Shown here piece after piece: positions 13,120-24,806 of a stretch of DNA of 64,000 nt. How positions within the stretch are numbered: position 1 is the stretch's first letter; the number at the start of each line of letters is the position of its first letter. Source of the stretch: Lingula anatina (Eukaryota; Animalia; Brachiopoda); NCBI GenBank assembly GCA_051362555.1, contig CM120642.1, forward strand, positions 25,420,001 to 25,484,000, read 5' to 3'. Both the position numbers and the translations under genes were made by a program. The notes beneath the pieces are model-generated. The model ran no database searches and had not been told where the DNA came from. It saw only the letters and a program-made list of their open reading frames with translations.

Positions 13120-14807
13120 GAGATTGCAGGCATCTGAGCTGGAGACAGAGAAATAATAAGACTTTAAAAGACAGTGCAATCTGATGTGGTTTTGGCCAGT
13201 TACCTCAACAACCTTTTAGCATTTATCAGACTTTGTTGGGCTCCATAGTAGGATAAGAAGCTCTATAAATGCAGGAGTTTAGGACCACTTATCTTCACTT
13301 ATTAGCAGAAACATGCATTTCTTGCAAAAGCATTGTTATAAAATTATACTTTTGAGAAAAAGTACTCTTTTCGTCATCAATAAAAATCTGCACAATAAGT
13401 CTGAAATTCTATCATCTTAAATGCAATTAACTTAATCTAAAAAATAAAAAAAAAAATTAATTAACAAAATAAAAAGCATGGCAAATTACAATTGATGTTT
13501 AAATATAAATTCTTTCTTTTGCAGATCACAGAGGAAAACTGAAACCTTACTTGATATCAAAATGACTTTGTATGAGTACCTATACAATATTAATAATCAA
13601 CTCAATGGCTTTTATGTTACCATCCAAGAGTCTGGTCTGAAGTCAATATAACACTGAGAAAATGATAAATCAATTCTAGATATGATTCTCAGGACAACAG
13701 GAAATTATCTATCCTAAATTTCTCACCTCAACTCACTTGCAGTGGGAACGGGATAAGCACTGTCTTAATGAATGAACTCATATGAACTCAAATGAACAGA
13801 ACAATACAACAGTGCCTTGTCATTGATTCCCACGACAATCTGAGAATGCTCTATCATCCATTAACACCTATGATGATGACTCCTCTGTTCAAATCATGTT
13901 AGACTAACCTTGTGCCACATTGTTTAAATATTCGGAAGAGTCATGATTCACGTCATGAGTAATATTGGAGTTTTCACCTGCTTCATTAGCTCACTTCACA
14001 GTAAGTTTGTTAGTGATAGTTCAATATGAAACACTTCTATATATATACATATATAAGGCACCTATTCCTGGCTTACTAGTATTTGTCATAAATACATTCT
14101 TTTTGTCACAAATAATACCCTTAAGTCTTGCCACAATAAACTGTGGCTCGGTAGGGCACAGTAACTTGTAAAATGTACATTAAAGGCTACATTAGTAAAT
14201 GATGTGCAAAGACAATAAGAAATAGCACATTACCAATATTATTTATATCATCGTCACTAGTAATTATCAGCTCAATAATTTTTGTCACTTTACTGTCAAA
14301 TGCTTGGTTCATGTATAAATGATACTAGTCATGCAAACTCGGGTGTGATAATATATCAGACAAATACCATTAATCATACCAATCAACACCATCAATGCTA
14401 TATCGATCATTGAATACACCTGTCGAGTTAATATTATTAAATTGGTTACACAATTAACTCCGTTCCCGTGCGTCTCAATTTTTTCAACGCCGGTTTTGTA
14501 CATTAAAAATGGTCAATTTTGGTGTTAGATTAACCAACACACTGTACCATCAATTAGTCACCGTCTTCTTGCAAGACACTTACATATTTTCTTGTGCGTA
14601 GATATTTTTCGCGGATTATAAGTAAGCAGTGAAGCTAGAGCACGACTACCTTGCGAAGAACCACTATCCTCTTCCTGTTCACACGTGGGGGAGGTGACGT
14701 ATTATATATTTTCTTCCTATAATTATTCCAAATTTTGAAGCTTTGGGAAGCTGATATGTAAGCTGGGAAACATATCTGTCAATAAAGGAAAAATCAGATA
14801 AATTTAC

Positions 14808-14910
14808 CTCACTAAGAGGGTGCATTTTTCCTCTCAAATGCTGGATCTGTCAAAGACCTGCAGCACCCGCCATCTTGGTTGTACCTGATGACGTCACGAA
14901 TCCGGAAACT
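14808..14910 (-). promoter_or_regulatory. Probable FBXW7 promoter and non-coding first exon
   Basis: YY1-type CAAGATGGCG (14868-14877, minus strand), palindromic CRE TGACGTCA (14889-14896), ETS-like CCGGAA (14902-14907), a donor gag|gtaaat at about 14807, and a matching acceptor ctccag at 13139-13140 just upstream of the ATG. Confidence 0.55.
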
Positions 14911-15406
14911 AACAACTTAGGCGCCACCATCGCAGTTGTATCTACGCACAAGAGGAGACCACTTACGATGCTCACTTAGTTATATAATTTCTTCTACTTT
15001 AATCATACAATTATTACACCCGAAAAGAAATGATCGACGGTAAAGCTCTTTCCCTTTTAGGCCGTATTCTGAGAGGATTTTAAGGGGGTGGGATGGGAAA
15101 GTGGTCGGACGTTTCGAACGATACAGGCAGTGTAAAAATAAGACAAAAATATATAATTACATGTATGTTAACTGTTAATATATATTACAATTCTTTGATT
15201 AAAGTTTTTTAAATACGTAAAATACAAGCATATTAGGTAGACCGCGGCTAGTTGGATCAGAAAGACACCTTTGACCTTGGAGAACCAACTGTGAATGAGT
15301 TAGAAACAAAACTGGTTTAAGAACAATAGCTATAGGCCTGCCTATGTGATTTCACTATTTTGCAAATATAATGCCAGATGACTCCCAATATGACAAAAAT
15401 ATCAAA

Positions 15407-16730
15407 TCTTTGTATGAGATTCAAATTTCCACAATAATTACATCCTAAACAACAGATAGAAATATAAAAACAATTTCATCTTACCACCAAAACGGCGATT
15501 TTCGCAATTATTCTGAAATCTGTGCTCGCCATCGGTGTTTCATAGCGACCCTCCGTGATTATCTCTTAAGAGATTATTACAAAAACCACGCGTTAAAAAG
15601 ATCGACCAACTTTGAATATCGGAACAGATTCATATTAGCCTAACCACTGGAAAGTATGGAAAAATTGTCGTTTACCCCAGGTGGACAGTTTCAGTAACAA
15701 CCTCTCACTTAAAATGGACCATACCTGTTGTAATTTGCATAATAATAAGTTGCTCGTATTGCGAGCTGTCTGCTAGAATGCTCACATAGCAGTTGGACAG
15801 AGTCGGGTGTAGACGTAACTGTGGTGCATGGACAATGTCGAGCTTTTATATATATCAGCAATTATCAGGAAGAAGCAAAGGCATTTTTGTGAGTGCTATT
15901 TCTTTCAATAATAACCACCGATATTAAATACTAATGGCGCAGACGAATGAAATAATATTTACGGAAAATATTTACCAGTATGACAAGAGTCCTTGTACTA
16001 CCATTCCCATTGTTACTAGTATGTCACTCAGAATGGTAGAATTCATTGGTTACAATGCATTGGGACTCTAAATGTACGGGATGAACGGCGCTCTCATCTG
16101 ACTTGATGATAATCCAAGTTTGCTTGAAATCTTTTAACTTAGCTCTGCCTTTTTAGCCGTTTGGACATTTTGTGTGCCCTTTACTATATCCTTGACTAAT
16201 AACTGCTGTATTCTTCGAAGGAAATTTGTAAATGCTCTCTTTTGCACTTCTGCGAAATATGTCAGCTTGTACTGCAATAAGTATTATAACTTTTTATATC
16301 AAGAGCAATTATTTTAAGGGTTGTAGCAATAACCCCCCCCCCCATCCCACCCCGCAAATGAAACGCGTTCGCGTTGTGTTATCAATGTTTCTTATTTTAG
16401 CAAGAAGTCTCAAAACAGTTATATCATTAAAGGCATAATAACTCTTTGTATGAGACCTATATTTCACAATAAAAACCTTGTGAATAACTCATAGAAATAT
16501 AATATATTATGTTTTACCACAAAAACAGCAGTTATAGCTTTTATTCTGATATTTGAACTTGTCTTTAGACCACGTGACCTCCATTGATGTCTATACTTTG
16601 TTAAAATCTCTTAAGAGATTTTAACAAAAAACCAAACTTTTTGGAAAAAAAACCAAGGACTAACTTTGAATGTAAAAATGGATTCATTAACCATTGGTAA
16701 GTATGGGAAAATTGTTGTTTACTCCAGGAA
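15407..16730 (+). repeat. Two diverged direct copies of a roughly 280-bp sequence (15407-15682 and 16443-16729)
   Basis: The blocks ctttgtatgaga, atctcttaagagatt, acaaaaacca, aactttgaat and aagtatgg(a/g)aaaattgt..tttac.ccagg occur in the same order in both copies. Confidence 0.7.
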
Positions 16731-17020
16731 AATTCATTTTTTGGCCGAAACGAAGAGTTATTATTGCTTTAACTATTTCCAGATCAAAATTTTAGAGTAA
16801 GGCAACCTTGTTTTATTTCTGAGCTAGCTGAGCCTGAACATCAGACAAGTCAATAAACAGGCACGCCATTTCAAGTACCCACTCCCTGTGGTTTTACATG
16901 TATTGTTCGCATGTTAAAAACCTGCCATTGAGTCTGAAGTTGTAAACATTATTTTTTTCTTTTCAGAACCTCAACGAGATCCTGTACAACATGCGCCTGC
17001 AAGTCACCTACGGTGCCTAG
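15835..17020 (+). CDS. Candidate two-exon small ORF, 35 aa (MSSFYIYQQLSGRSKGIF|NLNEILYNMRLQVTYGA)
   Basis: ATG at 15835, donor ttt|gtgagt at 15889, strong acceptor ttttttcttttcag at 16965-16966, TAG at 17018-17020, and AATAAA at 17079-17084 followed by a T-rich tract. No homology was recognised. Confidence 0.4.
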
Positions 17021-17594
17021 CCTTTGTTTCACATCCAGGAACCCCACGCTCATTCTTGCAGCTTTCATGTGAAATCTGAATAAATATTTTTGTAATTCAG
17101 CGTTTTTTATTTTGTTATGAGATTATGATGATAGAGATAGTAGTAGTGATGAGGGGAAATGAGTAAGTTTATTAAAATTTCGTGTTTGAAGACTTCCACA
17201 TTGAACCTGGTAAATCTGATCTTTAAATGTGATCGTATTTTTATGTGATTGGCGGTTTCTATGGTTCCTAAAGAGATCTAAAATTGTAAAAAGCCCAGCA
17301 TCCTGTAAATAATGAAATTTGAGCATTTTAGTTATTTGAGCACACTATAAGAAAATGTCTAACACGGTTTCTAACAACCTACATTTATAGGTTGAATTTG
17401 TATAAATCTGTTCTCATTCTCTGTACCAAAGTGAGAAAATTAAATAAAATACCTGAAATACATTTGGCATTCTTTCATGTAATATTTAGATCAAATTCGA
17501 ATTTCACAAATTCCTAAATGTGCAGTAAATAATGTACGTTTTTATTAAATTGTGGAACAGCTAAATTTGAGACCCTTCGCATAGACTAGACTTG

Positions 17595-17972
17595 TCCCAC
17601 CTAACACCCCTCCAATGGGATGGACTCGCCCCACCTGGCACCCCTCCAATTGAATGGACTATCCCCACCTGACATCCCTACAATGGAATGGAACCCTCCC
17701 ACCTGACACCCCTCCAATGGAATGGACCCCTCCCACCTGACACCCCTCCAATGGAATGGACACCTCCCCCCTGACACCCCTCCAATAAAATGGACTCCTC
17801 CCACCGGACATCCCTCCAATGGAATGGACTCTCCCCACCTGACACCCCTCCAATGGAATGGACCCGTCCCACCTGACACCCCTCAGATGAAATGGACTCG
17901 CCCCACCTGACACCCCTCTGATGGAATGGACTCGCGCATCCTGATACCCCTTCAAAGATATGAACTCACCCC
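17595..17972. repeat. 34-bp minisatellite, about 11 copies
   Basis: Unit similar to ccacctgacacccctccaatggaatggactc(g/t)cc, recurring at 17599, 17633, 17667, 17701 ... 17939. Confidence 0.95.
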
Positions 17973-19727
17973 AATATTTATTTGGTCAATCCACAGATCT
18001 CGATCTTTTCTGTGTAGACATGTATACATAGTATCACACGATCTAATCAGTCACAATTCAACGTAACCTATTTCTCCCTAATATTCCACTGCTGGAATTA
18101 TTCACTCCCGTGTAAGCTGACCTTGTGATCAAGTTTATAAGAATATATTTATTAAAATGAAGTTTAAACAATTCACTAGCTACTCTTAGGGACCAAACAA
18201 CTAGCAAGATTGCTTTATAACACCCTTTTAATAATTTTGATAAAGTTCGTTACAGTACTAATATCTATTAAATCATTCCCAGAAGTCATTAACACAAAAA
18301 TATGGTGGTTTATGCTGTTTAATCGAATCGAGCATTTCATCACATGTCGGTATGAGATACGAAAAGTGAGAGACTAGACTGGGGAAAAGGAAAAGATTAA
18401 CACTTTGGAAAAAAAACCCAAAAGTTCATTTTCAAAATTTTCTGGAAGGAGTGTATTGCATTGTCTTCCCCCACCACCTTCATGTTTTCCATAACAATTT
18501 TTAAATATTTATTCAACGCGATGACAAAATAATTCACACATACAGATGTGTACATCACAAAGGTGACAACGTTCGTGAACAGAAAACATTAAACCTTACA
18601 TTAAACCTTAAGTGTTAATATTAATGTTGTAAGACAGTCCAATAACGGAATAACACCCTAATTGCGGAAATAGATATCAGGGAGAAATATTGTGAAATTA
18701 AATGCAACCTACACCATCGCCAAACAAATGCAAGCGCATCAGAAGAAATATGGTGTTCATCGCAAGGCTTTCAATGTGCTTTTCTATCTCCGTCATATTC
18801 TCTGTCTATCGCCCATTTTATTTTATCTTCTAAATCAACACGCAGGTGTTCCAGACCTACTGAATATTGGAAAACATCGTTTGTAATTCTTTTTCGCAAT
18901 TAATAGTTGTACTTGCAAGTCTTTCGAACTTACAGATATTGTTATACACATGCACCGGTATTGTAACGCGGCCATCGGCGTCGACCGAAAATAAAGTCCT
19001 TAACAGAAGATTTGGTGGCATTTTGTCTGCCCGATCTACGTAGATTTAATAAATCGGGAATAGGCCGATTTGCTAAGCTGGACGATGTCTCTGGCTGAAG
19101 ATAACAAGACTTTTATACACAATCATGAATTCTGAAAGATACAGATAAAGCAACAAAGACATGTCGTCTGCACGTAATGAAAAAACAAGGCGTAATGTTT
19201 GATTGATAATTTGGCCTTAAACAAGACATCTCTTTATTACAAGTTTTTTTTTTCTTTTTATGTGAAATGTCCTAATGACAGAAAATATAGATAGTTTTTT
19301 AGAAACAAATCAGTTTAGAATAAAGCACCATTTTTGATCAAAATAAAGATACAAATCATTAAGTTTACAACATAAATTAATTTCCTTAGTGGGACTAATT
19401 GCAAGAATACATGTACATACACATCTGTTAATCACAATTGTAGTATTAAGGTAATTAAAATCGGTACAGGTTAGAGTCGAGTCACACTATTTATTTTGTA
19501 TCACTATCCAAGGCTTCAACTACAATTCACAAAAATGTCTTGTTATACATAAGGGAAAAGAAATACGTGAAATATGTGAAAAGAAGTACGAAATGAAAAC
19601 AACAGGATTTATTCCTGTCATTTGTGTTACATTTGTCTAATTCTTCCCATCCTTGTTTACGTATTTAAAAAAATTAAAGTTTTCAAGTTGTATTCATTTT
19701 GATAACACTCTCAAAACAAAGTAACTA

Positions 19728-19986
19728 ATGGCGGAATAAGGGGCGGGTCAGGGGGTCCTGCCCCCCCCCCCCCCCCCCTTCGGTTTCTGGAAAAAAATCA
19801 CACCAATATTCCCCTCTTGATATAAGAATTTTGAAGAGCTGAATCATAGTTCTAAACACCAAATGGCACCGTTTGCCCCCCTAAACACCGAACCGCTCAC
19901 CAAAGGGACAAGGGTCGGCTTGATTCGGCCTGTCATTCTTACAAAAAACTGGACCCCCCCTTCAAATAATCCTGGATACGCCCCTG
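19728..19986. mobile_element. Short hAT-like non-autonomous element
   Basis: GC-rich block ending ...cctggatacgcccctg. Similar (t/c)cgcccctg ends occur at about 31466 and 33548. Confidence 0.45.
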
Positions 19987-20614
19987 AGTAACTCACTAGT
20001 CTTGGCATTAAGGCATCGATCTTCTCCTCCAATAAACTGTTCACAATCTACATCAATCCTCCACTTACAATATTTCTCATATAAATACATGTACATGTAT
20101 ACTTAGTCGTTTTAAAATTGTGCATCCTTTAAGTTCGAATAAATAAAATTTTCTAGTTCCCAACAATATAAACCTTTAAAGTACAACTGTTATAACTCCT
20201 TGATAATACATATTGTTATTCACGTCAAAAACCGAAGCTATCCGCAGTTACAGTGTATTTACGGAAGAAATGCAATTATACACTGATTAACATTATACAG
20301 GAAACGGGGAGAAAATCGAAAGGTGCTTGATAAATCCCATGAAAAAACCTTAACAATTCCGATCACCAAGGTCTTCTTTCCAATCTTCACCATCAGCCTT
20401 GTTTGTTAGCATTAGTTCAAATGTGCTAAAATGGATGCGTTTTTATCGCAGCAAACACAATATTGTGAAAAATGAAACTCCTATTTGCATATAGTCACAC
20501 CTATCGCAACAAGGTGAATATGTGTAGAGGACATTTCTATGATGCGGGAGACCTTGCTACGGCCAAAACTTAACGAGGATTGCAACGTTTTTTATTCCTA
20601 CATTTTCACCGCCT

Positions 20615-23395
20615 TCACATCTGCTCCACCTTGTTTGCGTTCTCATCCGAGACTTTCCTATACATGTAGCATGCAGACACTACCACCAGTACCTGTGGGC
20701 AAATGAATAATGCAGTGTAATTAAAGACGTATCATAAGAAAAAAAGACTCCCATTTTTTTCACTGGAAATATGTAGCAAGAGATCACAATGTGCTTTTAC
20801 TTTACATTCATCAAATTGAAGGTTTAAATCGTTTTAAATGAATAAGAATCTAGAACATTTTGCACCAGTCAAGAAATTTTAACGGAAAATTCAACTTACT
20901 TCTAATATTGCTACGGCGACCGCTACACCGATAACGATGTCGGAATATCCCTTCAAGTAATCAACGACCTTCTGGTAGCAGCCCTAAAAATGACGCAGAA
21001 GATATCGTAAGTGTCCTTATATAACTAGGAATACTAACAATTCAGTTTAGTTTTAAGGTTGTTTAGTTTTAGCTTTTTTTTTTCAGTGATCATCTACACA
21101 CAAACAGACACGACCACGCGCGAGAGATCGAGTGCACGCATGCACAAACGCACACACTCTCTCACATAGGGACCATTCCCAGACCCTATCGTACTAACTG
21201 TAGATCGATCTATCTCCGAGGGGTTTCTCACAAAATTGCAATCAACTTAAGCAGCTTAGATGTCTGGCACGTCTACTGAGGCTGCGAGGGAGTAATATTA
21301 ATTATCGTTCAGCAGCTTCAGTATAGGAGTGCCAGATATCTAATCCGCTTAAGCTGAAAGCAATTCAGCGAGAAACCCCTCGGAGATGGATTGATCCTGT
21401 TAGGTCGATCTAGGTATGGGAACCCAGTCATACACTACTCACCTCCTCTGAGTAAGAGGAATTTCCAGGCGATATCACAAAGCAGTTTCTTGCGTTGATA
21501 TCTGTCAGATGAACTGTGCCGTTTAAAAACAAGGTGGCATTATGGCAACAAGAAGCTGGAAGAGCGATGTTCGAATACGTGGCACTGTCCGACACATAAG
21601 TCGCTGTCCATAAAGGCGCATTGTGAAAGTCGCGGAAGCTTACGACGCCGCAACAAGAGAACTGAAAAGTGAATATAGATGCATTCACATAAATATTTAA
21701 ACCTGCGTTCACATCAGACTATTTCAGATCGAAAACAACTAAGTTTTGTTATGAAAGATTAGGTCTAGTTTTACAAAAGAATTGTTCCAAACCTTTGGAC
21801 GAAAATTGTGTATTATTTCAGTTTAAGAGTAATCAAATAAAGGAAGCATTGATATAAAACATTAACAATTATTTCTTGTCATAAAATGGGTACAATATTT
21901 CAATTAATAAATTAAACTGCAACTCATTTAACTTGATTCAAAGCAGATAAAATTTATACAAATTTTGGGGAGTCTAGTTGTTTTATTAAACCTCCAGAAA
22001 AGCAAATGTATTAGTCAGATGAAGTATTTAACAAATTATGGTCATCGAAAAAATGAAAACAGTTGCATTGAGCAGGTAAAAAAATAATCTACAGCTTACC
22101 TGTACTTGAAAGAAATTCCAAGCTATTGTAATTGCATCGCCGCCATTATAACCCCTAAAACTGTCTTTGATTGTAGCGTTCATGCCATTCTGAACGTAAG
22201 CTACTAGCTGAATAAAAAACTAATATAATTCACAGCAAGCTGATGGCTTTAGTTGTAGAATTATCGCAGAGAGCAACAACAGACAAGCTAACAATTAATC
22301 TAGAATCAAATACCCCGCTGTTTTAGGAAAAAAACAAAAGGAATGTAAAGCTTTAACAGTGGCATGATAAAAAGTGTCTAGTTAACCTACATGGACTAAC
22401 AGTGTAATAATGAAAAAAAGTACCTCCATATACTATGTGTGTGCGTGAGTATGTGTGTGTGGGGGAGGGGGGGAGAGGGGGGTAGTGACTGAGTTCCCCA
22501 TTAAAGTAATGTATTCATTTACTACGAAACTTGCTACGAAAGCATACCTGGTCTTCTGCAACAAACATCATAATGACCACCACTAACTCTGCCAGAACTA
22601 TACAGGTTAAAACAACGGCGTACTATAAAAATCGGAAAATATCAATAAGTATCTGCTATATACATTTTTAAGATCTAACAACACAAATACAAGTAGCTGA
22701 GATATTTCAAATGATTTAAAAAATCTGTATTCATCAGTAGTTTATATATTCTTACTGATCGATGTCAAACACAAAAAAGCAAAATTTGCATTCATCAGGA
22801 GACTATATATTTTTGGTTACTTATGATAAAAAGGGCACATAAGAAACAAATAATAACATTTTATAATTTTTTAAGAACGAACCTTATCAATGAAATCATC
22901 ATAAAAAATACTACGAAATATTTCTGATGTAGGCACATAATTTTTTTTCTATTTCAAAATGAATTTATAATAACTTTGTACCAGCAGCAATAGAGCCTGC
23001 TTCTTGGCACACATGCCTATGAAGCCAGTCAGTCCTATAGCCAGTAATACGGCTCCCATCACCAAGCAAATAGTGGCCAGGTCTTGGAATATGGCGGCCA
23101 GGTCAAACCTAGGCCCGCCCACGCTGCCCAGCATCTCCGGGAGCTGAGACTTGAGGAAATCGGGATACCACTTCACCAGCGCACCCAGGACGAAGACGCC
23201 TAGTCCCGCAAGCTAACGAGACAAATCAAGAAGACGAATTAAGGAATTGGATGCGATCCTCTCTCTCTCTCTCTCTTAATTTATTTAAAAAAAACTTGTT
23301 TCTTTCGCGTAAAATGACAATGTATATGTTGAACTTACCATGAAGACGGTATTGATGAAATGTAGTACTCCCTTCGCTATACTGTAAAATTCCAT
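20615..23395 (-). CDS. Tetraspanin, 7 coding exons, 283 aa
   Basis: Exons 23339-23395, 22982-23212, 22548-22622, 22100-22207, 21443-21661, 20900-20983, 20615-20692; all phase-0 GT-AG introns. Four hydrophobic segments (TM1 with polar N, GFIG in TM2, E in TM3 and TM4) and a large loop with CCG, PASCC and GCY. Confidence 0.93.
21169..21428. mobile_element. MITE family B copy (tetraspanin intron)
   Basis: gggaccattcccagacc...ggtatgggaacccagtc with an internal palindrome. A close copy lies at about 34037-34292, and the termini resemble family A. Confidence 0.8.
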
Positions 23396-24269
23396 TTTTG
23401 TATTTTGCGACAACAAGTGATTTTAGCACATTCATCCAAGTGCTTGCATTATGGGTGTCTCCTCCTGTTTTCAGCTTATCCTTTGGGGAATTTTGTACTG
23501 TAACTATAAGCCGAAATTAATAAGTGATTAGATTAATTTTAGTGTTCACTGTTTGCAATATCAGTTATAAATCATGTTTGGATTAAGGTAGCCTTGGCCT
23601 CCTTGTTGCTTTTTTTCTGGTCCAAACAAAATTGTCCTTCTCATGTAGCCTTGTTAACACCTTTTTGAGTATATATTTTGAAAGTAACTAATACCAACAC
23701 GAACCCATACATCAGAGAGCAGTAAACGTCTTCTCATAACAATATTGACTTTATTAAAGAAATTATTGTTGCGATAATAGTTTGTCAACAAAGCTGCTGG
23801 CGAAATTCGACTAGAGGTCCGCATGCAACAAATACATCTTTGTTAAGGCAATGTTAACGCAATGGAATAATATCAGCAATTTTGAAAGAATGTGGCTTTT
23901 CACTGGATTTTTGTTTGTTTTAGAATGTCAAAAGGGACTTATTGGTTCTTGTTTTCTCAAGGCATTTTTAAAAATCTGGTTTCCTTTTAATCAACAAGGC
24001 GTGAAAAATATTTAAAGCGAAATTGACAAATACCAATGTGTAACTTTCGGACGCCAGGGGCTTACTAGAGAAAATCACAAACAATCGGGTCTCAATCACC
24101 AGAGCGTACACACAAAGTATTTATCGAACAAATTTACTCTTAATTAGTCAGAAAGTGCGAGCTATAGGGGAATACGTCAGCAAACGTCATTAAGGCTTGC
24201 CAAATAGTCTCAGGCTACTTCAAAAACCGCCCGCATAAAAGTCGCCCTATGTAGAAGACGCAACCAGTC

Positions 24270-24348
24270 CACCCCCTCATTTTGCCGTCTTCTGGGTCTA
24301 CCAGAAGACTGTCAGAATTTTAAAGTTTCAAGCATCTATTTTTTATTT

Positions 24349-24391
<43 letters not shown>

Positions 24392-24478
24392 TTTTGTAGA
24401 AAGACAGTCAAAAAAGGAGGATGGACCAACAAAGATAATTGGGAAGACTGTCAGAAAACATCTCTGGATCCGTCCCTG
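24270..24478 (-). mobile_element. hAT-like MITE with an internal (TTTA)n; an inverted relative of 33382-33548
   Basis: aagactgtcagaaaacatctctggatccgtccctg is the reverse complement of cagggcggatccagagatattttctgacagtctt at 33382. Confidence 0.65.
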
Positions 24479-24766
24479 TAATTATCTCCGCACGATCGAC
24501 TTGGTTCACTCGAAGCTTTAACATCTAGACACCAGCCACAATTTAGGCGAGAAGCCTAATAAGCTAGACCTCGTTCATTTGTCCATCTTGTGCACTGCAG
24601 CAAGAGGCGCAGCCAAAAACACAGGTCCTCAGGGGTTCAGCTCTGAGTCGCGTTATTTTGATAAAGAGGATTTCAAGTAGGGCATGAGCCGATCAACCCC
24701 ACCCATTTTCATACAACTTGGTTGAACCACGGCAGGCAAAATGAAAGTTTTTTTCAGCAAGTTTTC

Positions 24767-24769
<3 letters not shown>

Positions 24770-24801
<32 letters not shown>
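24770..24801. repeat. (GA)n microsatellite
   Basis: Read directly. Other simple repeats: (TG)n 34748-34778 and 62268-62306, (CT)n(CA)n 60162-60204, poly-A 31260-31311 and 49567-49616. Confidence 0.95.

Positions 24802-24806
<5 letters not shown>

Noticed and set aside
14885-14922. CTGATGA...GAAAC resembling a hammerhead ribozyme core
   Set aside because: Stem II would be only 2 bp, and the base that should be the U of NUH is G. The sequence is better explained by CRE and ETS promoter motifs.
17601-17955. Four overlapping Gly/Trp-rich ORFs
   Set aside because: They are translations of the 34-bp minisatellite.
20615-23395. Tetraspanin considered as a novelty
   Set aside because: Ordinary six-cysteine large loop and standard exon structure; lineage-specific tetraspanins are common in invertebrates.
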